The position numbers and the translations under genes are program-made. A stretch of DNA of 63,561 bases, the filler included, from Octopus bimaculoides (taxonomy: Eukaryota): NCBI RefSeq assembly GCF_001194135.2. It is 5 parts of 4 records of this genome, joined end to end, with 100 filler letters (N's around TTAATTAATTAA, not from the genome) between each part and the next. Parts side by side here need not be neighbours in the genome. Positions count along the whole stretch, not along the records: positions 30,116 to 53,817 come from NC_068982.1; 4 more parts are not named here. The stretch is one strand, 5' to 3'. Below, in pieces: positions 33,652 to 47,789 of this stretch. The number at the start of each line of letters is the position of its first letter. Within the stretch, counting starts at the first letter, position 1. The notes beneath the pieces were generated by a model. It was not told the origin of the DNA and made no database searches. It saw nothing but the letters and a program-made list of their open reading frames with translations.

Positions 33652-36600
33652 TATATCAAACATTTTCACCAAGCTGGATGACCTAAAGTTGAGCTTGCAA
33701 GGAAGCTCAAATCAGTAACGATTTTCAAAGTTGGAGATAACTGTGAATTAAGACATGTGGTCTGAACGTCTGCAGAGAGGTGTGTTTGAATCCTTTCTTG
33801 CACTTTAGGATTGTCTGAAGATGACGTCTTTGCAAATTTGAAGAAATAAGAAACCTTTTTATTCAGGTCTTGCAAGGTTTAAAGAACAGTTTGAGGGATT
33901 ATTTTCCTCTTCAAGATACTAATGCTAATTGGATAACGGAACCATTTCATGTACATGTAAAATCTAAACTGTAAAACATTTAACTTTCAAATGAAGAAAC
34001 TGGTCTTGTTAAATTTTCGTGTGACACTTTACTTTGATCAACTTTCGTTCGGTACGGTTTAGTAGACTTTTGACTACATGTGAAAAGTAAGTACTCAGAC
34101 TTAGCATCCAATGCGCAGAAATACTTGATGCTATTCCGACCTATATAATTATGTGAGAAGGCTTTCTCCCAGCTGTGTTATATAAAATCCAAATACAGAA
34201 GCTGGATGAATGTAGAACCTGATCTCCCGTTAACACTGACTATTAGTTCAACAAGAATCCCGAACATAATATCAATAAATTACCTATTAAACAAGTAATT
34301 CTCTTTTTAATATTACCATTAATTTAATTGCATACTTAATTATATATATTGCAGATGAGAGGGAAAACCAGTTTGCTGTTAGTTCATAAAATCAGCTTAT
34401 TGAGTAACAAGACCTTTTAAAAGTCTTGAAGTCCTTCCTTGGGACAATTCATTCAATATAAGTAGATCTTGGCAGTGAAAAGGTCAAGAACCACTTAGCT
34501 AATACATTAAATTTAGTTTCATGGAAACTAAAGACTGTCCAATTCATAACCTGGTTTCTATTTCAAATTTTGTGCAAATTTAACTTAAATTAAATCTGAA
34601 ATTACGTTGCCAAGTAAGTTTCCTTTTTTGTCACAATTTGTGAGATTAGTTATTATTAATAAGATTATAATAATATTTATGTTTAATTCATAACTTTGTA
34701 TAATTATAACTCATTAGGATTATATTTTTGCGTCTCAAATTTCATCTCAATTCCCTTTCCTTAGAAGGCAAAGGTTACAGATATTTTCAAATATTTTTAT
34801 ATGTATCCTATGTCTATGTAATGAATTGCTACCTGGAAAGTATTGAATCATCACCCTTTCAACCAAGGAAGAATGCAATACGCTTAGCTTATAACACATT
34901 TTGTAGTAGAACAGATGCGATAAATTTAGTAAAATTTGTTCAAATAGTCGTTCATTTCAATTAGAGAAGATATGTGTTTGCAGATAAAAAACAAAACAAA
35001 AACAGTGATCAATAAAGTATCCATGCTCAGTGAGAAAGAAAACTTAGGCAAAATATAGAATCCTGTTGGCATAAAGTAAAGATGAAAACAAGGATGGATT
35101 GAGTGACTCTCATTATAGTAGTGAAATTTCAATTATTCTGAGGAAGAAAGATTATTATGTTAGCAGTGAAAGCAATAAACGAAGGGCACAATTCTACGAT
35201 GGTCTGGTGTTATAAGATACCGTAATTACACAAAGTTTTCTATTAAATATTGTCTTGAGTGTTTGTATAAGAGTAAAACTGTATGTGCGTGTGTATGCAT
35301 TGTGGGTGTGTTGTGTGCATGTGCGTGTGTGTGTGAGTGAGTGTATGTGTGTGTGTGTGTGTGTGTGTGCGTGCGTGTTCGTATGCATGTTCGTATGCAT
35401 GCTTTGTGTGTCTTGTGTACGTGCACGTCAAATTTAATTTGAATTGAAACAAGTTACTATTTTTTCTGAAAGTATGTATAGGAAGTACATGTGTTTGAGT
35501 ATGGCTGTATAAAGGAAGTGTATGTAACGGAAGCGAGCGGATTATTTACGATTTACGGGAAATACTGTAGTCCTAAACTACAGTGCTCTTGAGACAATAC
35601 TATGTAACTACCGTTTACTTGATATCCATAAATTAAGACCGACAATGTGTTTATTCTTAACATCCGAATACAAATTCGTCAAGATTTAAATAGAAAAATA
35701 AATAAAAGATTTCAAGACATATAATTGGAATAGGATGAAAGGATTTATTTCAAAGACCAAAGTTGACGATATATTGCAATTAAGATGTGGAATCGCTGTT
35801 AGCTTGGTATGAAGTAGCTTGAAGGTTTCGTCAAATGATATTTTGGGTAAAGGTTTTATGCGATCAAAAGAAAAGTGCATTCTGTATAAGATACAATAAA
35901 TTAAAGCAATAAATTTTTATATTAGTGAACATGAAGTCAGCTTTATATTATTATGTTGGAGGATAAGTTTAATGCTTCTAAAAGAATTCGAAATGTATTA
36001 AATGAAAAAATCTAACGAAGTTCCACAATGTAACCTCAATGTAATTAACCGGTAGCGTGATATACATACATACATACATACATGCATACATACATACATA
36101 CATACATACACACACACTCACACGCGTATATACACCCAAACGCGCACACGCACTCTCACACACGCGTGCACACACACACACATCCTCGCGCGCGCACACA
36201 CACTCACACACGCACACTCACACACACACACACATTGGACTGCTTGTCTACCCAGCAGGATGGCACTCATTTGTATGTTAAAATGAGGCATATCGCAACG
36301 TAACCAGCGATATATAGCAACATCTGATGGACTGGTCAATCTCGTGATCGCGTGATTTATATATATATATATGTATATATNNNNNNNNNNNNNNNNNNNN
36401 NNNNNNNNNNNNNNNNNNNNNNNNNNNNNNNNNNNNNNNNNNNNNNNNNNNNNNNNNNNNNNNNNNNNNNNNNNNNNNNNNNNNNNNNNNNNNNNNNNNN
36501 NNNNNNNNNNNNNNNNNNNNNNNNNNNNNNNNNNNNNNNNNNNNNNNNNNNNNNNNNNNNNNNNNNNNNNNNNNNNNNNNNNNNNNNNNNNNNNNNNNNN

Positions 36601-37198
36601 NNNNNNNNNNNNNNNNNNNNNNNNNNNNNNNNNNNNNNNNNNNNNNNNNNNNNNNNNNNNNNNNNNNNNNNNNNNNNNNNNNNNNNNNNNNNNNNNNNNN
36701 NNNNNNNNNNNNNNNNNNNNNNNNNNNNNNNNNNNNNNNNNNNNNNNNNNNNNNNNNNNNNNNNNNNNNNNNNNNNNNNNNNNNNNNNNNNNNNNNNNNN
36801 NNNNNNNNNNNNNNNNNNNNNNNNNNNNNNNNNNNNNNNNNNNNNNNNNNNNNNNNNNNNNNNNNNNNNNNNNNNNNNNNNNNNNNNNNNNNNNNNNNNN
36901 NNNNNNNNNNNNNNNNNNNNNNNNNNNNNNNNNNNNNNNNNNNNNNNNNNNNNNNNNNNNNNNNNNNNNNNNNNNNNNNNNNNNNNNNNNNNNNNNNNNN
37001 NNNNNNNNNNNNNNNNNNNNNNNNNNNNNNNNNNNNNNNNNNNNNNNNNNNNNNNNNNNNNNNNNNNNNNNNNNNNNNNNNNNNNNNNNNNNNNNNNNNN
37101 NNNNNNNNNNNNNNNNNNNNNNNNNNNNNNNNNNNNNNNNNNNNNNNNNNNNNNNNNNNNNNNNNNNNNNNNNNNNNNNNNNNNNNGTACTGGTTTCC

Positions 37199-37240
<42 letters not shown>

Positions 37241-37832
37241 TTAATATTTTTAAGTGTCTCTAAAGGAGACTACGGCAGCGGTACTGGATATTAATAGTTA
37301 TCGCCAAATCAATATGGCAGTCCAAAAACAGTGTGAATGCTGCCGTTGATTAACTCCAAGAGGCCATCGACTCTATCTAGCTATGTGACACACGAATCTG
37401 TGTCCATTATAACCTTACATATGCATATCCAATGTTTTTACCAGAAATATTTATCTCAGTACCTCATTACCTCTGGAAGTTCGCAGAGGACAATTAAGAT
37501 ACTAATACAATGCGGTATTGTTGAAAAATCTAAGTGCTTTACGTAATCTAAAAAGACACTACATGTTTTCAGATGTACTTAATTCATCGTCGTATGACAT
37601 CTGTAGTGTGTTCCCGTACGAAGTGCAATGTGAAACGTGTCCAACATTGTTGCTCCGAATGATGATACCGAAGCCGGTTGATGCAGGAAATAGTTTAATA
37701 TTGATGAGTCTTCCGAGAGAATTTAAATTACTTCCTTTGGCTAATACTCTTCGACTACAGCTGAGTACTGGTGTCGATGCAATTGACTATTCTCCCCACA
37801 GAATTTCAGCCCTTGTTCCTATAGTGGAAAGA

Positions 37833-37834
<2 letters not shown>

Positions 37835-37919
<85 letters not shown>

Positions 37920-37920
37920 G
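37835..37920. repeat. (TTA)n microsatellite (SINE A tail / LINE target)
   Basis: Directly visible. Confidence 0.95.
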
Positions 37921-38079
37921 TTCAGTAGTTTTATTATTGTTCAGTAGTTTTATTTTTATAACGTGCTTTCACTTCACTACCGAGCGCAGCTCTGTGCGCC
38001 TTGGGTATGTGCTGTGGTTTGCTGTGGTGCTCTTATGTTTACTGTATTGAAAGTGTTTTGCGTAGAATGTGTGCAGTAC
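37917..38079 (-). mobile_element. R4/Dong-like LINE 3' end
   Basis: Minus strand KIALLGTAHILRKTLSIQ* plus 3' UTR; near-identical to 38535-38697. Confidence 0.8.
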
Positions 38080-38534
38080 NNNNNNNNNNNNNNNNNNNNN
38101 NNNNNNNNNNNNNNNNNNNNNNNNNNNNNNNNNNNNNNNNNNNNNNNNNNNNNNNNNNNNNNNNNNNNNNNNNNNNNNNNNNNNNNNNNNNNNNNNNNNN
38201 NNNNNNNNNNNNNNNNNNNNNNNNNNNNNNNNNNNNNNNNNNNNNNNNNNNNNNNNNNNNNNNNNNNNNNNNNNNNNNNNNNNNNNNNNNNNNNNNNNNN
38301 NNNNNNNNNNNNNNNNNNNNNNNNNNNNNNNNNNNNNNNNNNNNNNNNNNNNNNNNNNNNNNNNNNNNNNNNNNNNNNNNNNNNNNNNNNNNNNNNNNNN
38401 NNNNNNNNNNNNNNNNNNNNNNNNNNNNNNNNNNNNNNNNNNNNNNNNNNNNNNNNNNNNNNNNNNNNNNNNNNNNNNNNNNNNNNNNNNNNNNNNNNNN
38501 NNNNNNNNNTTATTATTATTATTATTATTATTAT

Positions 38535-39550
38535 TATTGTTCAGTAGTTTTATTATTGTTCAGTAGTTTTATTTTTATAACGTGCTTTCACTTCACTACC
38601 GAGCGCAGCTCTGTGCGCCTTGGGTATGTGCTGTGGTTTGCTGTGGTGCTCTTATGTTTACTGTATTGAAAGTGTTTTGCGTAGGATGTGTGCAGTGCCC
38701 AGTAGTGCAATTTTCTGTATGTTATACATACTTGTAAGTCCTGGTGTTTTTGTTATGTATTTGTCTGAATATTTTTTTTTATCATATCTAATGCACCTAC
38801 TATGATAGGAATTGTTTCTGTTTTTAGATTCCACATTCGAGTTACCTCTATTTCCAGGTCTTTGTATTTTGAAAGCTTCTCCATTTCTTTTAGAGAAACG
38901 TTGTCATCTGCTGATATTGATACATCAATTAGAAAGCATTTTTTTCTTCATGATCTCTGACAAGTATATCTGGACTATTGGCCTTAATTTCTCTATCTGT
39001 GTGTATTGGCATATCCCAGAGTATGGTTGCTTCCTCGTTTTCTGTGACCTTTTCTGGCGTGTGCCTTTACCATCTTTTTTCTGTTGTTATTCCATAGTGT
39101 TGGCATAGCTTCTAGTGTATGTTGGTCCCAGCTCTTTCGTGTCTGTGAATATATTCCTTCTTAGCCAGGACTGGGCAGCCAGAGATAATATGATTTNNNN
39201 NNNNNNTCTGTGAATATATTCCTTCTTAGCCAGGACTGGGCAGCCAGAGATAATATGATTTATTGTTTCTTGTCCATCGCCACATATTCTGCAGTTACTT
39301 GTTATGTTTCTTTTCATTATATGTTTTTAGTAATCTCTGGTGGTGAGGCTTTGGTCTGGTGTTGCAATTAAAAATCCTTCAATCTTTGCTTTGAGTCCTG
39401 AGCTTCTCAACCATTGCTGGGATTTTTCTCTGTCTATTTCTTTTGCATTTAGTTTAGCCCAGAATTTGCCATGAGGGGGCTTTTCTTGCCATCGTTTTAT
39501 CATGGTCCATTACTGTTCTAGTTTTAGTTTGGATTTCATTTGTTTTATAG
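38535..39550 (-). mobile_element. R4/Dong-like LINE, 5'-truncated (CCHC + RLE)
   Basis: CRICGDGQETINHIISGCPVLA; WDMPIHTDREIKANSPDI..; 3' end in (TAA)n. Confidence 0.85.
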
Positions 39551-39551
39551 C

Positions 39552-39670
39552 TCTTCTTCTTCTTCTTCTTCTTCTTCTTCTTCTTCTTCTTCTTCTTCTT
39601 CTTCTTCTTCTTCTTCTTCTTCTTCTTCTTCTTCTTCTTCTTCTTCTTCTTCTTCTTCTTCTTCTTCTTC
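39552..39670. repeat. (CTT)n microsatellite
   Basis: Directly visible. Confidence 0.95.
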
Positions 39671-39699
39671 ATGGTTTCTTTTCATTATAACTTTATTTC

Positions 39700-40227
<528 letters not shown>

Positions 40228-40573
40228 NNNNNNNNNNNNNNNNNNNNNNNNNNNNNNNNNNNNNNNNNNNNNNNNNNNNNNNNNNNNNNNNNNNNNNNNN
40301 NNNNNNNNNNNNNNNNNNNNNNNNNNNNNNNNNNNNNNNNNNNNNNNNNNNNNNNNNNNNNNNNNNNNNNNNNNNNNNNNNNNNNNNNNNNNNNNNNNNN
40401 NNNNNNNNNNNNNNNNNNNNNNNNNNNNNNNNNNNNNNNNNNNNNNNNNNNNNNNNNNNNNNNNNNNNNNNNNNNNNNNNNNNNNNNNNNNNNNNNNNNN
40501 NNNNNNNNNNNNNNNNNNNNNNNNNNNNNNNNNNNNNNNNNNNNNNNNNNNNNNNNNNNNNNNNNNNNNNNNA

Positions 40574-40902
40574 CCTCTATTTCCAGGTCTTTGTATTTTG
40601 AAAGTTTTTCCATTTCTTTTAGGGAAACGTTGTCATCTGCTGGTATTGATACATCAATTAGAAAGCATTTTTTTCTTCATGATCTTTGACAACTATATCT
40701 GGTCTATTTGCCTTAATTTCTCTATCTGTGTGTATTGGCATATCCCAGAGTATGGTTGCTTTCTCGTTTTCTGTGACCTTTTCTGGCGTGTGTTTATACC
40801 ATCTTTTTTCTGTTGTTATTCCATAGTGTTGGCATAGCTTCCAGTGTATATAGGTCCCAGCTCTGTCGTGTCTGTGAATATATTCCTTCTTAGCCAGGAC
40901 TG
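40574..40902 (-). mobile_element. R4/Dong-like RLE fragment
   Basis: Highly similar but not identical to 38843-39172; the 5' truncation abuts (TAA)n. Confidence 0.8.
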
Positions 40903-40904
40903 TA

Positions 40905-40935
<31 letters not shown>

Positions 40936-41176
40936 TACTGTTGCTGTTGCTATTGTTGTTGTTGTCATTATTATTATTATTTAAGACGTCGCATAGTATC
41001 TAATGTTGTTGATTGAAGATATTGTCTACGGGGGCGGGAGTGGGTTATACTGTCTGTCAAGTCACAACAAGCACCTCAGACTGAGAATGCTTTACGCAAT
41101 ATGCGTGCAGTTCCAAGTAATACCGATTTTTGCAATATATCTAGATTGTAGGGTTATTATTATTATTATTTTTAAG

Positions 41177-41390
41177 AAGGCGGCGAACTGGCAGAATTGT
41201 TTGCACACCGGGCAAAATGCTTAGCGGCATTCCACCCGTCCTTACATTCTGATTTCAAATTCTGCCGAGGTCGACTTTGCCTTTCATCCTTTCGGGGTCG
41301 ATAAATTAATTACCAGATGAGTACTGGGCTCGATGGAATCGACTAGTCCCCCCCACGCAAACTTCGGCCCTTGTGGCCAATAAAGAAGGG

Positions 41391-41464
<74 letters not shown>

Positions 41465-41912
41465 GAAGGCAGCGAGCTGGCAGAATCGTTAGCACGCCGG
41501 GCAAAATACTGTGCGGCATTTCGCACGCTCTTACGTTCTGGGTTCAAATTCCCCCGAGTCGACTTTATCTTCCATGCTTTCGGGGCCGATAAAAAAACGT
41601 ACCAGTCAAGTACTGTGGTCGATGTGATCAATTTACCACTTCCCCACAAAAATTTCAGGTCTCGTGCTTACAATAGAAAGGATTATTATTATTATTTAGA
41701 CGGTCAGCTGGCAGAATTGTTTGTAAGCCGGGCAAAATGCTTAGCGGCATTACGTCCGTCTCTATGTTCTGAGTTTCAATTTCGCCGAGGTCGACTTTGT
41801 CTTTCATACTTTCGGAGTCGATAATATAAGTACCAGTTGAACATTGGGGTTGATGTAATCGACTTACCCCATCCCCTGAAATTTCAGGCTACGTGCCTAT
41901 AGTAGAAAGGGT
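41177..41912 (+). mobile_element. Three head-to-tail SINE family A copies separated by (TTA)n
   Basis: Heads at about 41177, 41465 and 41698, each followed by body and tail. Confidence 0.85.
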
Positions 41913-42419
41913 TGTTGTTGCTGTGGTCGGAGGTTGTAGTTTTCCTATCTATGACGATTATATCTTTAGAACGTTTTGCTAATTATCCTCATATCACTCT
42001 TGGCTGTGCTAATTAATCTAAACTTTCAGCTGGAAATAAATTCCATTTATGAACTTTTAATGTAATGTACATTACACGTTTGACTAAACATCATGTACCT
42101 TGATCTAGTTTAAATTCGTTTCATTATTAATATTACAGGCGTGTGAATTGACTATTCTCTGGTTTTAAGTGACACAGATATATAGAAGTTTGGTTTACAT
42201 GCTGCAATTCTACACATCTGTTGCCATATTTCTATTGAAACACACCGCCTCTGTATTAATAACTTTTGAAAATAATGACAAATTTAGTAAAATAATTTTG
42301 TCATTATTAAGTTACTATTGGAAACATAAATTCACATGAAATTTCGATAAAAGCAGGAAGATTGTACCTTTGAAAAAGAAGCATCCTCAAGCGGGTTGTT
42401 ATCAAAAGTATTAAGCTGA

Positions 42420-42572
42420 CGACGGGCTTGTTTCAGTTTTTGTCTACCACATCAACTCACAAGGCTTTGGTTGGTCCGAGGATACAGTAGAAGACACTTG
42501 CTCAAGGTACAATGCAGTGGGACTGAACCCAAAACCATGTGGTTGGGAAGCAAGCTTCTTTGTCACACAGCC
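42420..42572 (-). mobile_element. SINE family B 5' half
   Basis: Reverse complement of the SINE B head. Confidence 0.7.
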
Positions 42573-42611
42573 ATATATATACTACAGAATCAGCAGCAAG
42601 CTAATGAAAAT

Positions 42612-42647
<36 letters not shown>

Positions 42648-43075
42648 TATTACAAAACTGGAACTGGGAACATTTTTGGGTATTATTTATTCACCATTAC
42701 ACATGTTTCATTTGCTAACAGGAATTAAAAAATTTTACATGTTAGATAAACATGTAAGAAATTGCCTATTAGAAATTCTTCAAACAGTATTATATGTGTA
42801 AATGGTGAATGAGTAATGCGAAGAAAACAACAACAAAACTTTCCNNNNNNNNNNNNNNNNNNNNNNNNNNNNNNNNNNNNNNNNNNNNNNNNNNNNNNNN
42901 NNNNNNNNNNNNNNNNNNNNNNNNNNNNNNNNNNNNNNNNNNNNNNNNNNNNNNNNNNNNNNNNNNNNNNNNNNNNNNNNNNNNNNNNNNNNNNNNNNNN
43001 NNNNNNNNNNNNNNNNNNNNNNNNNNNNNNNNNNNNNNNNNNNNNNNNNNNNNNNNNNNNNNNNNNNNNNNNNNN

Positions 43076-43124
<49 letters not shown>

Positions 43125-43479
43125 TTTCGGGTGGATACCGTATTAGCTCCCAGAGAAGTTCCAGTTAATGGTTAACTACAACGATCAGTATCCAGCGTCT
43201 GTAACTACAATTAGTTGTTAGACAATCCGCGAATTCTTTTGAAGGGTAATTCCGTGTACTCTTCGCTGGACGGTAAAAATTACCTGGAGTATATATTAAT
43301 ATTTATAATAATAAAGAGCATGAAGATTTTTACATCCACAAAATATATATTTAAGGTTATATGCAGCACATTATAATGATCTACTTGTGTTTCCGCTGCA
43401 GCGACTACTCACTGTTGCAAATGCACTGACAATATTGCAAGGTTGCAATATTGTTGCATAATTGCACCTCTCAAATTTC

Positions 43480-43700
43480 AATTAATCCTTTCTATTATAG
43501 GATCAAAGCCAGATATTTGGTGGGAGAGGACTAGTCGATTACATCGATTTCAGTGCTTAACTAGTATTTATTTCATCGATTCCGAAAGAATGAAAGGTAA
43601 AATCGACCTCGGCGGAATTTGAGCGCAGAAGGTAAAAACAGACGAATTGCCGTTAAGCATTTTGTACGGCGTGCTAAAGATTCTGCCAACTCACCGCTCT
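43480..43700 (-). mobile_element. SINE family A
   Basis: Reverse complement of the 22399 element. Confidence 0.7.
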
Positions 43701-45165
43701 ATAGACTTTCGATTAATATACGAAAAAAAGTATTATAACAAAAAAGAACAATTTTAGCAAAACATAAAAATCGCCCAAGGTCTGACGATATTAAATCGCA
43801 TGACGGATGATGCTTAACATCCAAGAAGAAGTGAGGCCCACTCAGTGGTTCACTTCTACATTTTCTGTTTCCAGTTTCCATTACAAGACTACAGTAAAAG
43901 ACACTTGTTCACAAAGTCACATGATTTCAAGGCAAATATCTTAAGCATCTTTCCACGCCTATTTCCGTCACACAAAAAGCAGACATTCTTGAAACTATTT
44001 CCATATTTCGTGCGAGAAATATGAAAAGATGTGACGTAAATGCTACTACGAAGAATTTTACCAGCTTAGATGTATTGAAATGAATTCCGTCAGGAACTTA
44101 AAATAGGTCTTCCTACAAAAGACTCCATATGTATAGGCTAAAAATGACATTCTTTTTTTTGGGGATCACTAGCGGTGTAAGCTAAATGCTTTGAGGAAAG
44201 ATTCACTGTAAAACTGAAATCTGGTCGCAGAGTTTACTTCATGATATACTGCCCTAATACATAATTAGGGCCGTTTAAAGTTTTTCGAGGGGAAACATAT
44301 TCAATTAGATCATTTATCGCAAATACATGATATATCTCGCGGGGATAAAGGGTAAATTCGACAACGGCAAGATTTTAACTGGAAGGAATACATAACAATT
44401 ATTCTAAGTCGTTATCTCCTGACTGCTGCATTCACTTTGCTTAAAGAATTTACGGTTTCTCTAATTATTAAATATTCATGTATTTATGGTTTCTCAAATT
44501 CTTGAATATTGTTTATTTTCTATATTAAAATTATGACATTTTTGACGTTACACAAGGTTACCTATGACAATAAAAATGTCGACTCAACGAGGAACATCTC
44601 TGAGGTTACACAACCCATTCGAAATAACAGCCCAATTATTGTTTTAAAAAAAAAGGGAAAAAAGAAGAAAAGGAAATTTAGAGTTAAAAAATTTCAAAAA
44701 TTTCGGTGAAAATTATAAAATTCGGTTCTATAAATAGATAAATTTTATTCTTGTACTTTGAGTTTTAGTTCGTTAAGGTTCCCCTTTCTCGTGTTCAATT
44801 ATTTCCTCCGGATCATAAGATCTTACAGTTTTTTTAAAGCCACACAGTGCCTAGTGTAGTGCAAGATGTATTATGCCTACAAAAATATAGAAAAATAAAA
44901 TAAAAAAGCTGCTCGTGGTTGTAATGCCTTTCATTGCAGGTCTGCGAAATTAAGGCTCATCTGTAAGTAACAACACCAAAATATTGTATTTCTTCTAAGT
45001 ATGCAAATATAATTTATTAGAGTAGCACAAAAGGATTCTTATCAAATGATTTAATGCAAAGGGAGTGGCGCTAGTTGTAGTTTTCCCTTGAACAAGAGAT
45101 CAGGGAAAACTTACTAAGTTCTGTTCAAAATGCCGTATGTACGTTAGTGATAGAAATAAAACATT

Positions 45166-45167
<2 letters not shown>

Positions 45168-45257
<90 letters not shown>

Positions 45258-45349
45258 AAGAGAGAGAATGAGAGAGGGTATAAAAAGAGCAAGAGAGAAA
45301 GGTAGAGAGGGTGAGAGAGAGAGAAGAAGAGAGACAGGGGGAAGAGTGT

Positions 45350-45430
<81 letters not shown>
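45168..45430. repeat. (GA)n/(GT)n compound microsatellite
   Basis: Directly visible. Confidence 0.95.
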
Positions 45431-45431
<1 letters not shown>

Positions 45432-46044
45432 CCTAGATTGTTGAAATTGCAAGTAAAACTGATTGAAAAATCCTTTAGAGATATGTATATGGAATGTGTT
45501 TCGAAGGTGGTACATCTAAGTATATACTACACCATAATTCATATTATAAACTAAACTTATTCTTCAAATACATCAATCAGTTAGGATTCCGTCGGCACAC
45601 TTCCAGAGCATGAATGCCATAACAATACCACATGATTGTTTTTAGAATGTTAACAAATTGTTGTCGACAATCTTTGAAAACTTTTCTTGGTCACAATTTT
45701 ATATTCATTACAGTGTGTGTATTTTCTATCTCTATTGACTTGACATGCAGTTTGCCAAGAAGCAGCATGTTCCCATTTCTATTACAAATTGTGAAATATA
45801 GAGTATAGAGAAAAAGTAAGTCAGAATTCAATATATTGAACAGGAAAATAACATAAGATTGGAGAGGTATGATCTCTGCCAAAGATTTACTTCAGCCATA
45901 TTATTAAAAATAAATAGGAAAGAGAAATGAAATGATGTCCTTCAATTCAATCCACTGCATATGTACAATTATATATATACATGGTTGGTAGTTTTCTTCA
46001 CTTCTCAGTGTTGAAGCTGTCTTTCATTCATATATATCAACGAA

Positions 46045-46091
<47 letters not shown>

Positions 46092-46369
46092 CCACACACA
46101 CACATTCACGTATACAGTATTCCTCCATTTCTGTCTCTTATGTATATGTGCATGTGTGCGTGTGCGTGCATGCGAGCATGTGAGGAACTGCTTGCGCACA
46201 TATGCACACACACATATTTTTATATGATCCGCGTGTTTGTGAGGAAAAACGGTTTTACAGAAACTGAATAATATATTACTTAACAAGTAAATTTCGTTCT
46301 AAGAAGATTAACATGACAAAGACAAATTTATTTATTAAGTTGTAAACTAATATATAATGCATAATGTGT

Positions 46370-46625
<256 letters not shown>

Positions 46626-46862
46626 GTATGTAATGACTTACAATACTTTAGAACTATTTCCTTTACTTAAAATGTGTCTAAGAGTAGACATTCAGACGAA
46701 TTCTAAGTGATGGAAACAGGACAAGTCATAGAAAACTCACTGTCTTAATTAATGAATATATTCCTTCTTCTTTATCGTGAATACATTGTCGTGTAGTTTC
46801 TATTTTATTCAAGAAGACATAAGACAATATTATATCGATATATATATATATATATATATATA

Positions 46863-47290
46863 GTCAAGGTCTGATCAATAACTATCCGGACTGTTGCTAT
46901 AATAAGAAAGCTAAAGCACGAAGGGTAAAGCTGCTTGGCACAGATTGGCCTTAAACTCTGCTGTGCATGCGAACTAAGTTTTAACGTTCTAACTCACATC
47001 CGATAATTACTGCAGTGTTTGGAAGGAACGTGTGTAGCGTGTGGTAGTCGCATTGACCATGACAGGGAAAGTTGAGCAGACAATCTGCATTAATTTTACC
47101 AAAAGCCTGTCGATAGCTGCTCAGAGGTTACACAAAGTTTTCTAAAAGTTTTCATCGTTGTCGACATAATTAAAGAGATTTTGAGCAACTGAAACCCGAG
47201 TGTCTTTTTGGTCAGCTGAAAGCAATTTTGGCACAAGCTTGGCAGACACGCGTCTCATACCAAAATCTTTAGTGATAATTAACATTTCGT
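46863..47290. mobile_element. Rearranged mariner: left TIR and N-terminus (+), then an inverted linker segment (-)
   Basis: MTGKVEQTICINF at 47059 (+); ITKDFGMRRVSAKLVPKLLSADQK at 47145-47290 (-). Confidence 0.75.
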
Positions 47291-47409
47291 ATAATTGTCC
47301 TTTTGAATAATCTTCATTCATACAATTTTCCAAACAAATAAATGTTTTTCGAAAAAATGGTTTTTGAACAATTGTTTTCCAGCATTTTCGAACAATGTTC
47401 ACAGGGTCG

Positions 47410-47772
47410 GTTCTTACTTATTGTGTCGGTTTTTTTGCCGAACCGCTAGGTTACGGGGATGTAAACACACCAACACCGGTTGTCAAGCGGTGATGGTGGG
47501 ACAAACAGACACAAACGCGTGCACACACGCACACGCGCGTGCACACACGCAGACACGCGCGCACACGCACACACACACGCACGCACGCGCACACGCACAC
47601 ACACGCGCACGCGCGCGCATATATAAATGACCAGCTTTCAGTTTTTGTCCACGAAATCCACTCACAAGCCCTTGGTCGGCTCGAGGCTATTGTAGAAGAT
47701 ACTTGCACAAAGTGCTACACTGGGACTGAACTCGGAAATATGTGACTGGAAAGCAAGCTTCTCAATCACAAC
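47410..47772 (-). mobile_element. SINE family B with (CA/CG)n core
   Basis: Reverse complement of 12090-12400. Confidence 0.75.
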
Positions 47773-47789
47773 CATTCCTATGTATGTAT

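Larger units (their letters stand above)
31544..34496 (+). mobile_element. hAT Buster/Charlie (ZBED5/SCAND3-like) transposon, decayed, with nested inserts
   Basis: TIRs cattggttctcaaa / tcaagaaccactt; TSD aactaata / agctaata; motifs LQCVLCYEILSIESM, IPLSNNTVKRRI, IHREALAA, YISNIFTKLDDLKLSLQG, YLCEKAFS. Confidence 0.85.

Noticed and set aside
39145-39250. About 45-bp direct repeat on either side of a 10-N gap
   Set aside because: Typical overlap artefact at a contig join
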